DNA of 64,000 nt from Geosiphon pyriformis uo1. Taxonomy: Eukaryota; Fungi; Glomeromycota. The stretch lies in assembly GCA_016748015.1 (NCBI GenBank), contig JAAOMT010000577.1, forward strand, positions 478,666 to 542,665, in the 5' to 3' direction. The notes beneath the pieces were generated by a model. That model saw nothing but the letters and a program-made list of their open reading frames with translations. It was not told the origin of the DNA and ran no database searches. Made by a program: the position numbers and the translations under genes. Each line of letters starts with the position of its first letter. Within the stretch, counting starts at the first letter, position 1. Positions 38,840-51,832 of the stretch are shown here, one piece after another.

Positions 38840-41800
38840 CCAGTTTTATTTGGAAGGTTGCTACATGTAATGTTCGAGGCATGAACATTCCTGCGAAACA
38901 AAAAGATATAGTTCGTTGGCACAAGAACATGGGAAATTTGGTTTCTATTTTTACTGAGACAAAGTTGAAGGATAGGGTTCGTCCTTGGATCGCCAACAAG
39001 TTTAATGGTGTTTGGGTGTTTTTCTCTGGTTTGGATTCTGGTTATCTGGGTGCTGGTGTGGCGGTTGTCATGGACTCTTCTTTGGCAAGGCATATGTGCA
39101 GAGTTTCTGAAGTGCCTGGCCAGCTCTTGTCTGTTAGATTGCTTTTCAAAAATAAGCTCTCGGTGTCAATTCTAGGGCTCTACGCTGGTGCTTCTTCAGT
39201 GGTGTGGTTTTCTCAGGCTGATGAGATTAACTCTTTTATTGCAAAGGCTGTTAATGAATCTTCTTTTGTCATTCTCGGGGGTGATTTTAATGAAGACGGT
39301 TCTCATAAAAGTGCAAGTTTCAAAAGATGCTTTGATTTGGGTCTGGTCAATTTTTTAGTTGGTAGCCCAGCTGCAAAAACGTCCACTTGGGAAAATTCTA
39401 GGGATGTTACAAAAGTAATTGATTATGTGTTTGTCTCCTTGTGTCTTGTCAATGCGATAGTGCATCATAAGATTTTGAATGTCAATGAGCATTTTGACAC
39501 AGACCATCGAGCTGTTTCAGTGAATTTGGGTTTGGGCGGGCTCTTGGATACATGCTTGATTTCTCTTCACAAGCAGGTGAATAGGAATTGTTGGAAGTTT
39601 GACATCAAAGGTGCCAATGATGCTAGGTGGTTGGAGTTCAAGGATGCTTCAGCTGCCAATGCCTCTATGTTCTCAGATGCTTTTGAAGTGGCAGTAAGGT
39701 TTTCAGATGTGGACACTATGTGGAACATTGTTCGCAAGATCATGGTTCTTTCAGCGGGTGGTACATTCAAGAAAAAATGGTTCAAAGGTTTTAACAGCGT
39801 GTTTACCAGGACTTCTTCTAGGTTTTACAAACTGGAGCTGCTGGTTTCTAAGTTGGTTAAGGCCTCGCATTTGGCTTCAAGTGATGATTTTGCTTCTTTG
39901 TTGGAGGTGTGGCACAGACTCGACTCTCCTGGTGCATCAGAGGTTAAGTCTCTGTTTCTTTCAGGTTCTAATTTTGATATTATTCATTCTGCGCTAGCCA
40001 AAGCGAGGAAATCGTACTGCTCTTTGAAATTTTTGGAATCCAAGCGTGCTGAAAAATCTTCGATCAAGCAGGCTATTGGTAAGAGAATGGAGAGTTTTGA
40101 GCTGAACAAGAGTCACACCATTAGAAGTGTTTTGGAGTGTCCTTTTCGCAAGATGGTTCTAGATCATCTGGTTGTAGAAGAAGAGTTGATTTTGGAGCCC
40201 GATTTGGTTAAGTCTAAGGTGGACAAAATTATGAAGGGATGGACCAGAAAACGTGAGGTGGTGTCTGACTTCTCTGAGGATTGGGTTCGTCAATTTTGGC
40301 CTCTGGATTACGTGTTCGATGGTGCTTTCTCTAATGTCATGTGCTCAATTAGTTTTAATGAGTTGTCAACTGTTGTTAAAGATCTTCTTAATGGAAAAGC
40401 GGCTGGTCTTTTTGGTATCTCCAACGAATTGTGGAAACATTGTGACAAATCTATTTTGGATATGCTTTTGGTGCTCTTGAATTTCTGTTTGGTTGGCAAG
40501 TTGGTTCCTGGGCCTTAGAGGGAAGCTTGGGTCTCGATGATTCCTAAACCATATGAATGGAAGGGAGTTCTCATGAACACCCATCCTATAGCTTTAATTG
40601 AAATGGCCCACAAGATTCTTTCCAAGATCCTTTTAGATAGGATCTCTTTGGCTTGTAGCACTTTTGATGTTCTTCATGGAAACAATTTTTTGGTTTTGAA
40701 AGATACAACAACACAGTCTCCCATTTTTGCTGTTGGTTCTGTGGTTGAGGATGTCTTGGAGAAGAACTGTAAACTTTGGCTGGTTTTACAGGATATGTGC
40801 AAGACTTATGACTCGGTTGGTTGGAAACATCTTAGGAGGAGTTTGATCAGGATCAAAATGTGTAACAGATTTATTAGATTTTTTGGCAGTATTCACAATG
40901 GTCACGTCAACAGAGTGATAACTGACTTTGATTTAACTGATGGGTATTGTGTCCACAATGGCTGGATCAGGGTGAAGTTTTCTCGCCTCTTCTTTGGCAT
41001 ATTTTTTATGATTCACTTTTGTGCGAGGTCAAGAGGCAAGAGAGTATATGGGGCTACAGATTGAATTTTCATTATGTTTCTAAAACAGGCCAAGTAGATC
41101 CTCATGCTAGATTGACTTTGTTTCTCACTGCTGGTGCTTTCATCGATGATACTATTTGGGTTGGTAGCAGCCAGACTGCTACACAACACATTCTGAATAT
41201 TGCTAGTGAGTTTTTCAGGTTCAATGACATTTCTGTGAATAATGACAAGACGGTGGCCATTCCTATCAACTGTCGGGTGTTGGACCCTCGTTTAACTATC
41301 AGTGGCGCACCTATTTCCATCGCCAGGAAAGGGGAATTTCATCACTATTTGGGTATTTTTTTGTCTTCTGGGGGTCTTTTGAAGTCTAGCTTGGCTAAAG
41401 CTTAGACTGATGTACGGTTTTTTGTGAATCTTGTTTTGAAGAAGGCGATTTTAGACAAACAGTATGCATATTTGGTGTCTGCAGTTCTTTTCCCTATCAT
41501 CAGCTACAGGACTCAGTTCAGTTTCATTTCTTTGGATGTTTGTAATAAATGGGACGCATTGGTACACAAAATCTTTAAGTCCAAGTCTGGGTTGCCACGT
41601 GATTTCCCCAGTGATGCTCTTCATCATCCCTCTCTGTACAATCTAAAGACTTTCAAACAAATCCAGGCTGAGAGTAAATTGGCCTCCATTATTGCTTTTG
41701 CAAATTTTACTGGTGTCTTGGGTCGTTTGTTTTCACATAGGTCTCATGACCTCCAGGTTTTCAGCTAGTGTCCTCGTCATTCCTTAATGTTTCTGGTTCG

Positions 41801-43523
41801 TGTTGGTGTTAGTTCCTCAAATAATTTTTTGGCTGGTGTGGTCTGTATTTTTTCCAGGTGTAATTTGTCTTTGGGGGGCCCTCTGGCTTGTGTTTTTTGT
41901 TATCAGTGTGGTACTCTTATGTCTTTGGTTCTAGGTGATTCCGGTTTTTTCAAGTGTGTCTCTTCGCTCAGGCGTTATGGGATTGCTTTCGTAGAACAGC
42001 TTCGTGACCATAATAGTGATGTTTTTAGTTGGAGAACCTTCAAGCATTGAAAGAGGCTGGACCCTCGTGGCCCAGTCCCTTTCTGGTTTAATCTCTTCAT
42101 TTGCTTTCTTGGTGGTGTTGTATTTCTCTCCTCAAGTTTCTCTTTGGTAGATGGTCATGCTGTGTCTGACATTCGTCTTTCTCATGATTTTGGTGTGGTT
42201 CGTGATGCTTTGCCGACCGTTGGAGCTGCCCGTCTTTCTGTGTATACGGATGGATCTCTTTTTAGTCTGGGCTCTGTTGACGTAAGGGTGGGTGCTGCTG
42301 TTTTTTTTAAGAACATTAACTTGGGTTTGAGTGTTGAGGTGTCTGGTTTGGTTTCTTCTACTCTGACGGAGCTGCAAGCCATAGCTTTGGCCCTTGAGTG
42401 TGTTCCTTTTTCTTGTTCGGTTGACTTGTTCTCGGATAGCCAAGCTGCTTTAGATGCATGTAAGTCGGAATTGTTGCTGGCTCGTCTGGATTTCAGGAAC
42501 CACTGTTGGATTAAGCATCATCACATTACTACTGTCATTTGTCAGAAGAATTTGGATGTGAATTAGGTCAAGGTGAAGGGTCATTCAGGTGTCTCAGGTA
42601 ATGATCGTGCTGATGCACTTGCTAAAAATGCTACTCTCTCTGCTTGGCGTCTACCTCATTTGGTCAATGAACGTTTTCTGTGTGCTGGTGGTGTAGCAGT
42701 TTCTGGTAATTCTAGACACTTTGTTCGTGATGTTTTCTGGTCAGTCCATCGAGCTCGTTGAGAGGTCGGAGTGGGTTCTCGTGTCGTGGATGATAGGTTG
42801 TGCACTGATATCAATTGGTCTAAGTCTTCTATAGTGTGGCACCCTAATTCTCACTTGGCATCCGGTTTTACCAGCATGTGCATGGCTAGCTGTTGTACTT
42901 ACTTTATGAAGACTCTTCATCATTGGCTTCCTGTTGCTGTGCGCAAGCATTTGTATAATAGGAGATATCCCAGTGTAGTCTGTCTGTTCTGTGGTGATGT
43001 TGAGACCTCAGATCATGTCTTTTTGTGTCCTCAGGATGCCGTTGGTCATGCTCATTTGTTGGGCACTCATGTTTCAGCTTGGAAGGCTCTTTCTGGCCTG
43101 TCTTGTTCTTCTTCTTGTGTCTTACAGGCTTTGGCTTCTTGTGTTTTTGAGGTTGGAATTGGTGTTGCTCTGTGTAAAGGCTTTGTTTTCGATGAGTGGT
43201 TTCGTGAGTCTGTCTCGGTTTTTAATAATTCTGATGAGGGTACTAAAAGGATTGTGAGCTTTGTGTATGGGTTCTGTCTTGCATTTCGGGACAACATTTG
43301 GTTGGTTTGCACCAGACACCGAGCATTTATGGAAAAGCGCAGTCTGATTCCGTGTGACGGCTCAACTTTTGTTTCAGTTTCTGGTTTGTCTAAAGTGTTT
43401 TCGGCTGATGTGGTTAAATTGTTAGGAGTGGCTGAGGCTTTTGGAGTTGGTTTCGGGTTTTGTAGGTTTTGTCCATTTTTTTCAGGTATTGAAGATTTGG
43501 TTTCTGTGCATATAGATGTATAG
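38836..43523 (+). pseudogene. LINE A ORF2: APE endonuclease, RT, RNase H, CCHC finger; disrupted
   Basis: ATCNVRG/TETK/GDFN/IDY/TDH; QGEVFSP and FIDD; VYTDGS/ELQAI/SDSQ/KGHSG; CLFCGDVETSDHVFLC. Several premature stops and a frameshift at ~40960. Confidence 0.92.
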
Positions 43524-43640
43524 TGTATTCTTGACTGGCCCAAATGGCTGGTCACGTGTAAAAAACGCATGATTGGCACCTAGTTTAGATCATTTGTATG
43601 ATGTATAGCACTAGGTCACATTTGGATCTCATTCGTTAAA
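43524..43640 (+). other. Conserved structured LINE 3' UTR (also 51265-51381 on + and 51858-51972 on -)
   Basis: Stems TGACTGGCC/GGCTGGTCA (43532-43554) and ACCTAGT/ACTAGGT (43578-43616), with equivalent pairings in LINEs B and C. Confidence 0.7.
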
Positions 43641-44644
43641 TAAATAAATAAATAAAATTATATTTTAGTTAATAATTAATTATAAAGCACAATTTAGTTT
43701 TATTTAAGAAATATATACAAAAAATAAAATATAATAATATATAAAAACTTAAAATAATAAATAAATTTCTTTAAGAATTTTTTAAATAAAACTTTATATT
43801 ATTTATTACTATATAATTTTAGATTGTTTAAGCAAATTTAAATTAAAAATATGATAATATTTTTGGTTTTATTTTAAATATATTTGGTATTATAAATAAG
43901 TTGTTTAATTATAAATCTATAAATCTCCAGATTTTTAGTTAAGTTTTATTGAATTTTTTATTGTTTGTTAAATTAAAAGTTAATTCAATTAATAATTATT
44001 TAACAAATATGATTAAAATTTTGTTAAACTAATGTGTTTTTTTAATTTGCTTTATTACTTTAATATTTTTATATTTAAATCATATCTTTGTTTTTAATAT
44101 TTTGAATAAAAAATTATATTTTAATGTAGTATACTTTTTAAAAGATTTTATTTTATTTTTAGAACAATTAATAAACAAATAAAACAGAATTTTCAATTAA
44201 AAAACTTTTTACTAGTAAAAAAACTTTGCTTTTAAAAATTCAGTGTTTTAATAATTTAATGTTACTACTTAGTTTTTATAGAAAAAATTAATATACAAAC
44301 ATGTTATTTTCTATAAGTATAATGTTTTTCAAAAAGTATATTAAATTTTAACAATATATTAACAATTAGTAAAAGTTTAAAAACAGCATAATTATTTATT
44401 ATTAATATTTTTACAAATAATTTATTAAAAAAATTGGTGTATTATTATAAGTAAAACTGTTATATATTTTATAAATTTGGATTTAAATATTAGTATTCAG
44501 ATTTTTAAATTGGTATTATTAATATTAACTAAACTTTAAATTATTATTTTGGTTTTTAAATATTTTTTTTTTAATATGATTGCTATTTATTCAGATAATT
44601 AAACTATAATTAATGTTTGTATTTTAGAATTTAATTTAAGCAAA

Positions 44645-47600
44645 AAAAAAACTTTTTTCTTTTCTTTGTCCAAAATTCCCAAAAAAGAGTCAAAAGTTTT
44701 TTTTAAAAGAAGTTTACTTTTACAATTCAGTATGATAAATCTAAACCATTTATTCTTGACTACGAGGCCACTGTTGACAGTAGTATTGCTGTTATGAAAA
44801 AGACTGCTGAAGCTTCTGGTTCTAATGCTAGCTTTAAGCCTGTTCTCCTAAGAAAAAAAAGGAGAGGTGGTATTCTGGAAGAAAGTTCAAATAGTAGTAT
44901 TGTTAATTCTAAAGTTCAAATTAGTTATTCATAGGGTTCAGAAGCTGGAGATACCACTGGGTCTAATAGTATTGACATGGAGGAGAAGTGTCTGGTTGAA
45001 GAAACCAGTTTTGATTTCGGAGAAGGTGGAGCTCTTACTAGTGGAGACTCTAATTAAACACTTACAGGTTCTAAAGTCAAAATGACGAAAGCATTGGGGA
45101 AGCCTCTTGGTAAAATTAACTTTTTGGCTTGTAATGATGATAATAATATCCTCTTGGATGCTCCTCTTGATCTGCCTCCTTTCTTGAAGAATATGGTTAA
45201 TGTTTTGGTCAGGAAGTTCTTTGTGTTGGATATTGGCTTGGATAAGATGTTTGGTAAATCTTCTCAGGAAAAGCTTGTGGTGGTGAGGAAATTATTTTCT
45301 GGAATCAACAGTTTTGGGGGGGGCGTCTACCCCCTCAAAATTCTCAGAGATCATCAGAGTGATGTTCACTTCCAAATCGAGTCTAATAAAAGTTATTGAT
45401 AAGGTTGTGAGTGTGAAGATCTTAGTAAACACCAATCTTAAAAAATTATCTAGGCGGTCAGATCAGGCTGTGGTCATAAAAGAAATTCCAATTGGAACAT
45501 TAGCTGAGGCTGTGCGTGCTGCACTATTTGAGTTTGGAGTTATTAAGGCAATCAAGATGCAATTAATCAGGCTGTGGCAGAAGACAGTGATGGAATTTGA
45601 GCAATTAGATCAGGCTGATTTGGTTGCGGCTGAATAGTCTATTCTGATTGGGAAAGATGCTGTATGTGTGGCTAGGACTGATTTGGACAAAGAGGCATAG
45701 GATGCAAGAGATTGACATAGGGTGCTGCTCTACACATTGCCAATGGGGACTAATGCTTATGATATCTGGGACTTTGTTAAATCTGTGGGTGAGAAAACAT
45801 GCATTATTGATCATCATTCTGTTACGTATGCTCGGGCCAGGTGTGCTGTTGTTTGCTTCGACTCTGCTGAATTATTCATTGCTGCTGTGGGAACCATGCC
45901 AGTACTTAGAAATGCCAATCTCTGCTGGTCTTGCCTCATTTCTGCTAAATGTGCCAAATGTGAGAAGTTGGGTTATATGTCGTTGGGTTGTGTAGTTAGT
46001 GAGAAATTTTTTTCTGGTAATTTATTGCATAGAGCTTTCTTAGACACAGATAAAAGCAGACTGACAGCCATCTATGCCAAACACTTGGCTTTAGTTGCTC
46101 ATCCGGTCTCTTTTGGTGGTCTCTCTTAGGCAATGATTGCTTGCGGGTCTTCTGCTCTTCTCCTCTCTGGTCAGAATGTTTTGGTGGATAATGGCTCCTC
46201 TTCGGAGATGAAGCTGTCCCTATTAGTTGCAATGGAAATCAACAATAGGTTTGCTGCTCTTGAGCGCAGTCTTACCAACCTCACGGAACAAGTTGGTAAG
46301 CTGGCTAGGAAGTTAGATGCACTCAGGCTGATGGTTCCCCAGCCTAGCCCTGGATGTCAGCCATTGGTGACCTCTTTATCACAGGATTAAGGGGCAAATG
46401 TAGTGATGAGTGAGGGCTTGGATGTGTCTATTAGTGATGGAACTGTCACGGAAGCGGTGTTTTTCAATTTGTCTTTGGTGTCTAAGCTGGAAGACAGCAT
46501 GAAGTGTTTAATAGAAATAGTTCTGAGCCTTTCAGCCAAAGTGAATATTCTTGGTGTGAGTTCGGTGTCTCTACCCCTCACTCAATGAGTAGTTTGGTCT
46601 GAAAAGTTGCTACGTGCAATGTTAGGAACATGAACAATCTCGCTAAGCAAGAAGACATTATTAGATGGCATAAGAAAATAAATAATTTGGTCTTTATCAT
46701 TACTAAAACAAAATTAAGAAGTAAGGTTCATCCGTGGATTGCAGATAAGTTTAACAGTATCCAAGTGTTTACTTCTGGTTTAAACTCAGGTCACTTGGGT
46801 ACAGGAGTTGCTGTTATTATGGATGTTTCTTTGGCTCGTCATGTGTGCAAGGTTTCTGAGGTGCCTGGTTGGCTCCTGTCTATTAAATTACTTTTCAAAG
46901 ATAAACTTTCTGTGTCAATTCTGGGGCTTTATGCTGGTGTTTTTTCAGCAGTTCAGTTCTCTCAGGCTGGTGAAGTTAACTCTTTCATTGCGAAGACTGT
47001 CAATGAATCTTTTTTTATTGTTCTCGGTGGTGATTTCAATGAAGATAGTTCTCGTAAGTGTGCAAGTTTTAGAAAGTGTCTTGATTTGGGTCTGGCTAAT
47101 TCTTTGGTCGGAAGCCCAGCTGTAAAAATACATACTTGGGCGAACTTTAGGGGTGTTAGAAAAACGATTGACTATGTGTTGGTTTCTTCAAATTTGGTTA
47201 ATGCAATAGTACATTGCAGTGTCTTGGATGTTGGTGAGCATTTTGAAACAGACCATCAAGCTGTTTTTGTGTTTTTGGGTTTGGGTGGTTTATTAGATGT
47301 ACAATTGAATTCTTTTCGCAAACAGGCAAATAGAGATTGTTGGAATTTTAATTTTAAAAATGCTAATAACATGAAATGGAAAAAGTTCAAGGATGCTATA
47401 ACAGCTAATGCCACCATGTTTTCTGATGATTTTATTGCCTCCTGGCATTTCTCCGATTTGGATGCAATATGGGACATTGTTTGCAAGACAATGGTTTTTT
47501 TAGCTAACAAGGTGTTCAAAAAAAAATGGTTTAAGAACTATGATGGTGTCTTCACTAAGAAATCATCCAAATTTTACAAGTTAGAACTTTTGGTATCAAG

Positions 47601-50600
47601 GCTGGTTAAAACTTCTCGATTGACCTGTCATGACAAATTTGTTTCACTATTGGATGTTTGAAGTTCTCTTGATAATAGTAACATCTCTGTGGTCAGATCT
47701 CTCTTCTTTTCTGGCTCTCCTGTTGATACTGTTTGGTTAGCTCTTTTCAAGGTCAGGAAAACTTATTGCTCACTTAAAATGGTGGAATCGAAGTGCATAG
47801 AGGAATCTCATATCAAATCAGCAATCAATAAGAAAATGGAAAGTTTCGAGCTGAACAAGGGTCACACTATTCGAAGTGTCTTGGAGTGCCCTTTTTGTAA
47901 GGTTGTTTTGGATTACTTGGTTGTAGACAATGAGCTGATTTTGGAATTTGGTTCTGTGAGATCAAAGGTAGATGAAATCATAGAAGAGTGGACTAGAAAG
48001 CATAGGGTGGTTTCCAATGTCCCTGAAGTGTGGTACCATCAGTATCAACTGTTAGATTACGTTTTTGAAGAGACTTTTTTTGGTGTTATGCAACCAATTG
48101 AGTTTTTGGAATTGTTTGGCATGGTTTCTGATCTGCCTGTTGGCAAGGCTGTTGGTCTTTCGGGTATCTCAAATGAGCTGTAGATGCATAGTGATAGGTC
48201 TGTTCTGGATATGCTCTTGATGCTTCTAAATTCTTGTCTGTCTCATGAATCTGTGCCTGGTCCTTGGAAAGAAGCTTGGGTCTCAATGATCCCTAAACCA
48301 TATGAGTAAGAAAGTGTCCTTACAAATACCCAACCTATAGCCTTGATTGAAATGGCTCACAAAATTCTATCTAAGATTCTTTCTAACAGGATATTGCTAG
48401 TGTACAGTGCTCATGATGTTCTTCATGAGGATAATTTTTCAGTTTTAAAAGGTACTACTACCTAAACTCCTATTTTTGCTATCAATTCAGTTGTTGAGGA
48501 TGCTTTGGAGAAGAATTGGAAGCTCTGGCTGGTGTTACAAGACATGCAGAAGGTGTACGATTCTGTTGGATGGGAGCACCTTGAGAAGTGTTTGGTCAGG
48601 ATCAAAATGTGTGGTAGGTTTATTCGTTTTTTCTGTAATATTCATAGAAATCGGATCAATTAGGTTATAACAGATTTCAGTTTGACTGATAGTTATCATG
48701 TACATGATGGGTTGGACCAAGGAGAAGTTTTTTCTCCTCTTCTTTGGTGCATATTTTATGATCCTCTTTTGTGTGAAGTCAAGCATCAGAAGAGTGTATG
48801 CGGATATAGAATCAATTCCCATTTTGTCTCTAGGAATGATTGTGCTAAATCTTAGGCTGGGCTTTTTTCTTTTTTTGCTGCTGAAGCCTTTGTTGATGAC
48901 ACAATTTGGGTTGGCAGCAGTCGGGCTGCTACTCAACATATTCTTGATGTTGCTAGTGAATTTTTTTGGATTAATAACATTTCAATCAATAATGACAAAA
49001 CTGTGGTCATTCCTATTAATAGCAGAATCAGCAATTCATCTCTTTTCATTAGTGGTTCTCCCATTTCCATAGCCAAAAAAGGCGAGTCTCATCAGTATCT
49101 TGGTATTTTTCTCTCAACTGATGGCCTTTCTAAGCCTAGTTTGGCTAAAGCACATTTAGACATTTGTTTTTTTTGTAATTTGGTTCTAAAGAAGGCGGTT
49201 TCAGATAAGCAGTTCTTGTACCTGGTGTTAGCTGTTCTCTATCCTATTGTTAGCTATAGAACGGAGTTCAGCTTTGTCCCTATTGGTGTGTGCAACAATT
49301 GGAATGCTCTGATTCGCAAGAGTTTGAAACTTAAATCTGGTCTTCCTCTCGATTTTCCTAGTGACATGATTTATTATCCTTCTTTTTATGATTTGAAGTC
49401 ATTCTCACAGTGTTAGTCTAAAAGTAAAGTAGCCTCACTTATTAGTTTTGCAAACTCCTATAGGATTCTGGGTCAATTGTTTAGTCACAGGTCTTACAAC
49501 TTGCAAGTTCTGTGTTGGCACCCCATTCATCTATTAAGTTCACCAGCTTGTGTCCATGTTAGTGTTCCTAATAATTTCTTGTCAGATATGGTTTGCATTT
49601 TTTTTGGATGCAATTTGTCTTTAGGTGGCTCTTTGGCCAGCACTTTTCAGTTTAGTGATGGGGTGCCTATGACTGCTGTTCTGGGCGAATTATTGTTTTT
49701 CAAATTCTTGTCTTCTCTCCAGCGTTATGGCATTGCCTTTGTGGATCAGCTTCGGGATTGTCATGGTAATATCTTTAACTGGCACACCTTTAAGTGGTGG
49801 AAGAAACTGGACCCCCGTGGCCTGGTTCCTAAGTGGTTTGGGCTCTCTGTTGCGTTTCTCAGTGGTCCGTCTCTCTCTCCTTTGGCTTCAATTGGTGTCA
49901 GCCCTCTGGACATTTGTGGGTCTAGTAATTTCATATCTGTTAGTGATTGTCTTTCTCAATTTGGCTCTGGTAGTTTGTCTGTTTATACAGATGGTTTTCT
50001 GAAAAATTTGGGCATACTGGACTGTCAAGCTGGTGCTGCAGCCTTTTTTGAGAACATTGATTTGGGTTTGGGTGTCAGTGTTTGTGGTTTGGTTTCATCT
50101 ACTTTAGAAGAGTTGCAGGCCATTGCTTTGGCTTTGGAGTGTATACCAACATTTCGCTCTGTTTGCTTGTTTTCAGATAGTCAGGCTGCTTTGGATGCTT
50201 GCAAATCAGAGTTGGGTCTGTTATGTTCGGACTTTTGCAATTGGTGTTGGGTCAAGTGTCAGCACATTGGGAATATTATTCATGGCAAGAATTTGAAAGT
50301 CAGCTGGCACAAGATGAAGGGCCATTTTGGCATTTTGGAAAATGACTGTGCTAACAGTTTTGCTGAAAATGCCTCTCTCTCTAATTGGTTTCTTCCTCCA
50401 TGTGTTAGTGAACATTTTTTGATGACCAATGGTGGCATGGTGTCTGGTAATTCTAGGCATTTTGTTCGGGATATTTTTTGTGCTGTCTATCATGCACATT
50501 GGGAGGTTGGTTCTGGTTTTGGCTTTCTGGCAGGTGGTTTGTTTTCAGATGTCAATTGGCTGAGGTCTTTTCAGATGTGGCACCTTGATTTGCACATGGC

Positions 50601-51397
50601 CACGGGCTTTACCAACAAGTGCACTGCTGATTCCCATACCTACTTCATGAAGACTTTGCACTGTCAGCTTCCTGTGGCTGTTCGAAAACGGCTTTATGAT
50701 AGATGTTATCCCAGTGTTCTGTGTCTGTATTGTGGGAAGGTAGAAGTATCAGATCATGTGTTTTCTTGCTCAGTCAATAGCTCAGCCCATTGCCATATTC
50801 TAAATTCTGGCATGTCCTCTTGGAAAGAACTTTCTGGTTTTTCTTTTTCCTCTTCATGTGTATTGCAATTGTTGTTGACCTGTGCTTCAGATTTCTCAGT
50901 GTTCTCAGTGCTTTTTAAAGGTTTTGTTTTCAAGGGATAGTTCTCAGAGGCTGTTTCTGTCTTTCATAATCCCAAGGTTGCTGGTGCTAGGGTTACTGAT
51001 TTTGCACATTCTATTTGCCTAGCTTTTAGGAATGATATTTGGTTGGTTCATACTAAACATTGTGTCTTCATGGAGAAGTATGACCTGATTTTTAAGGATG
51101 GCTCAGTTTACACTTCGGCTTCCAGTTCGGTTTTGGTATTTTCAGCTGGTGTGGTCAAATTGCTTGGGATTTCTGAGACTTTTGGTGTCTGTTTTGGTTT
51201 TCGTAAACTTTGCTCATTTTTTTCTGGTTTAAACTCTTCAGTTTTTGTAGTAATAACTGCATAGTGTTGTCCTGACTGGTTCAAGTGGCTGGTTACATGT
51301 AGAAAATGCATGATACATATCTAGTTTAGATCATTTCTTTGATGTATAGTTCTAGATAGTGTGTGGACTTTGCTCGTTAAATGTTAGAAAAAAAAAA
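44645..51397 (+). mobile_element. LINE B: full-length, decayed; ORF1 ~44725-46588, ORF2 46585-51264
   Basis: Same domain set (FVDD ~48889, VYTDG, CLYCGKVEVSDHVFSC), conserved 3' UTR, A tail; TSD TAAGCAAA at 44637-44644 and 51398-51405. Confidence 0.92.
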
Positions 51398-51832
51398 TAA
51401 GCAAATTTAATTTTTACAATAGTTATTGAATCAAAAAAGACAAATTTGCAATTTAATTTATAAAAAAATATTTTAATAATATAATAAAAAGTTAAAAAAC
51501 ATTTAAGTATAATTGGTTAATATTGTTTCTTTTCTAATAATAATTAAAAAATGTTATTTTCAAGTAAAAAATATAACTATATTAAACAATACTTATTGTT
51601 TTGTTTATTAGATTTATAAGTTAATTGAAAGTACTAAGTAAAAAGTAGTTTTAATGTTAATATAATCTTTTATAACATGATTAATAGTATCAATTAATAT
51701 AACAAATTAATATTTAAAAATAATTGTTTTTATTATAATAAAATTGAAGTTTAGATCATATTTTTATATGTGCTTTAAATACAAACAATTACTTTAAATT
51801 ATTAAGAGAGATTTTAGATTTATAAGTTTTTT

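Larger units (their letters stand above)
36761..43655 (+). mobile_element. LINE A: full-length non-LTR retrotransposon (least decayed copy)
   Basis: ORF1 + ORF2, structured 3' UTR, (TAAA)n tail; 12-bp TSD AATTATATTTTA at 36749-36760 and 43656-43667. Confidence 0.93.

Noticed and set aside
43067-43579. Antisense and alternative-frame ORFs within LINEs (also 57986-58525, 54154-54564, 5849-6205)
   Set aside because: Shadows of the coding strand; not conserved as open frames between copies.
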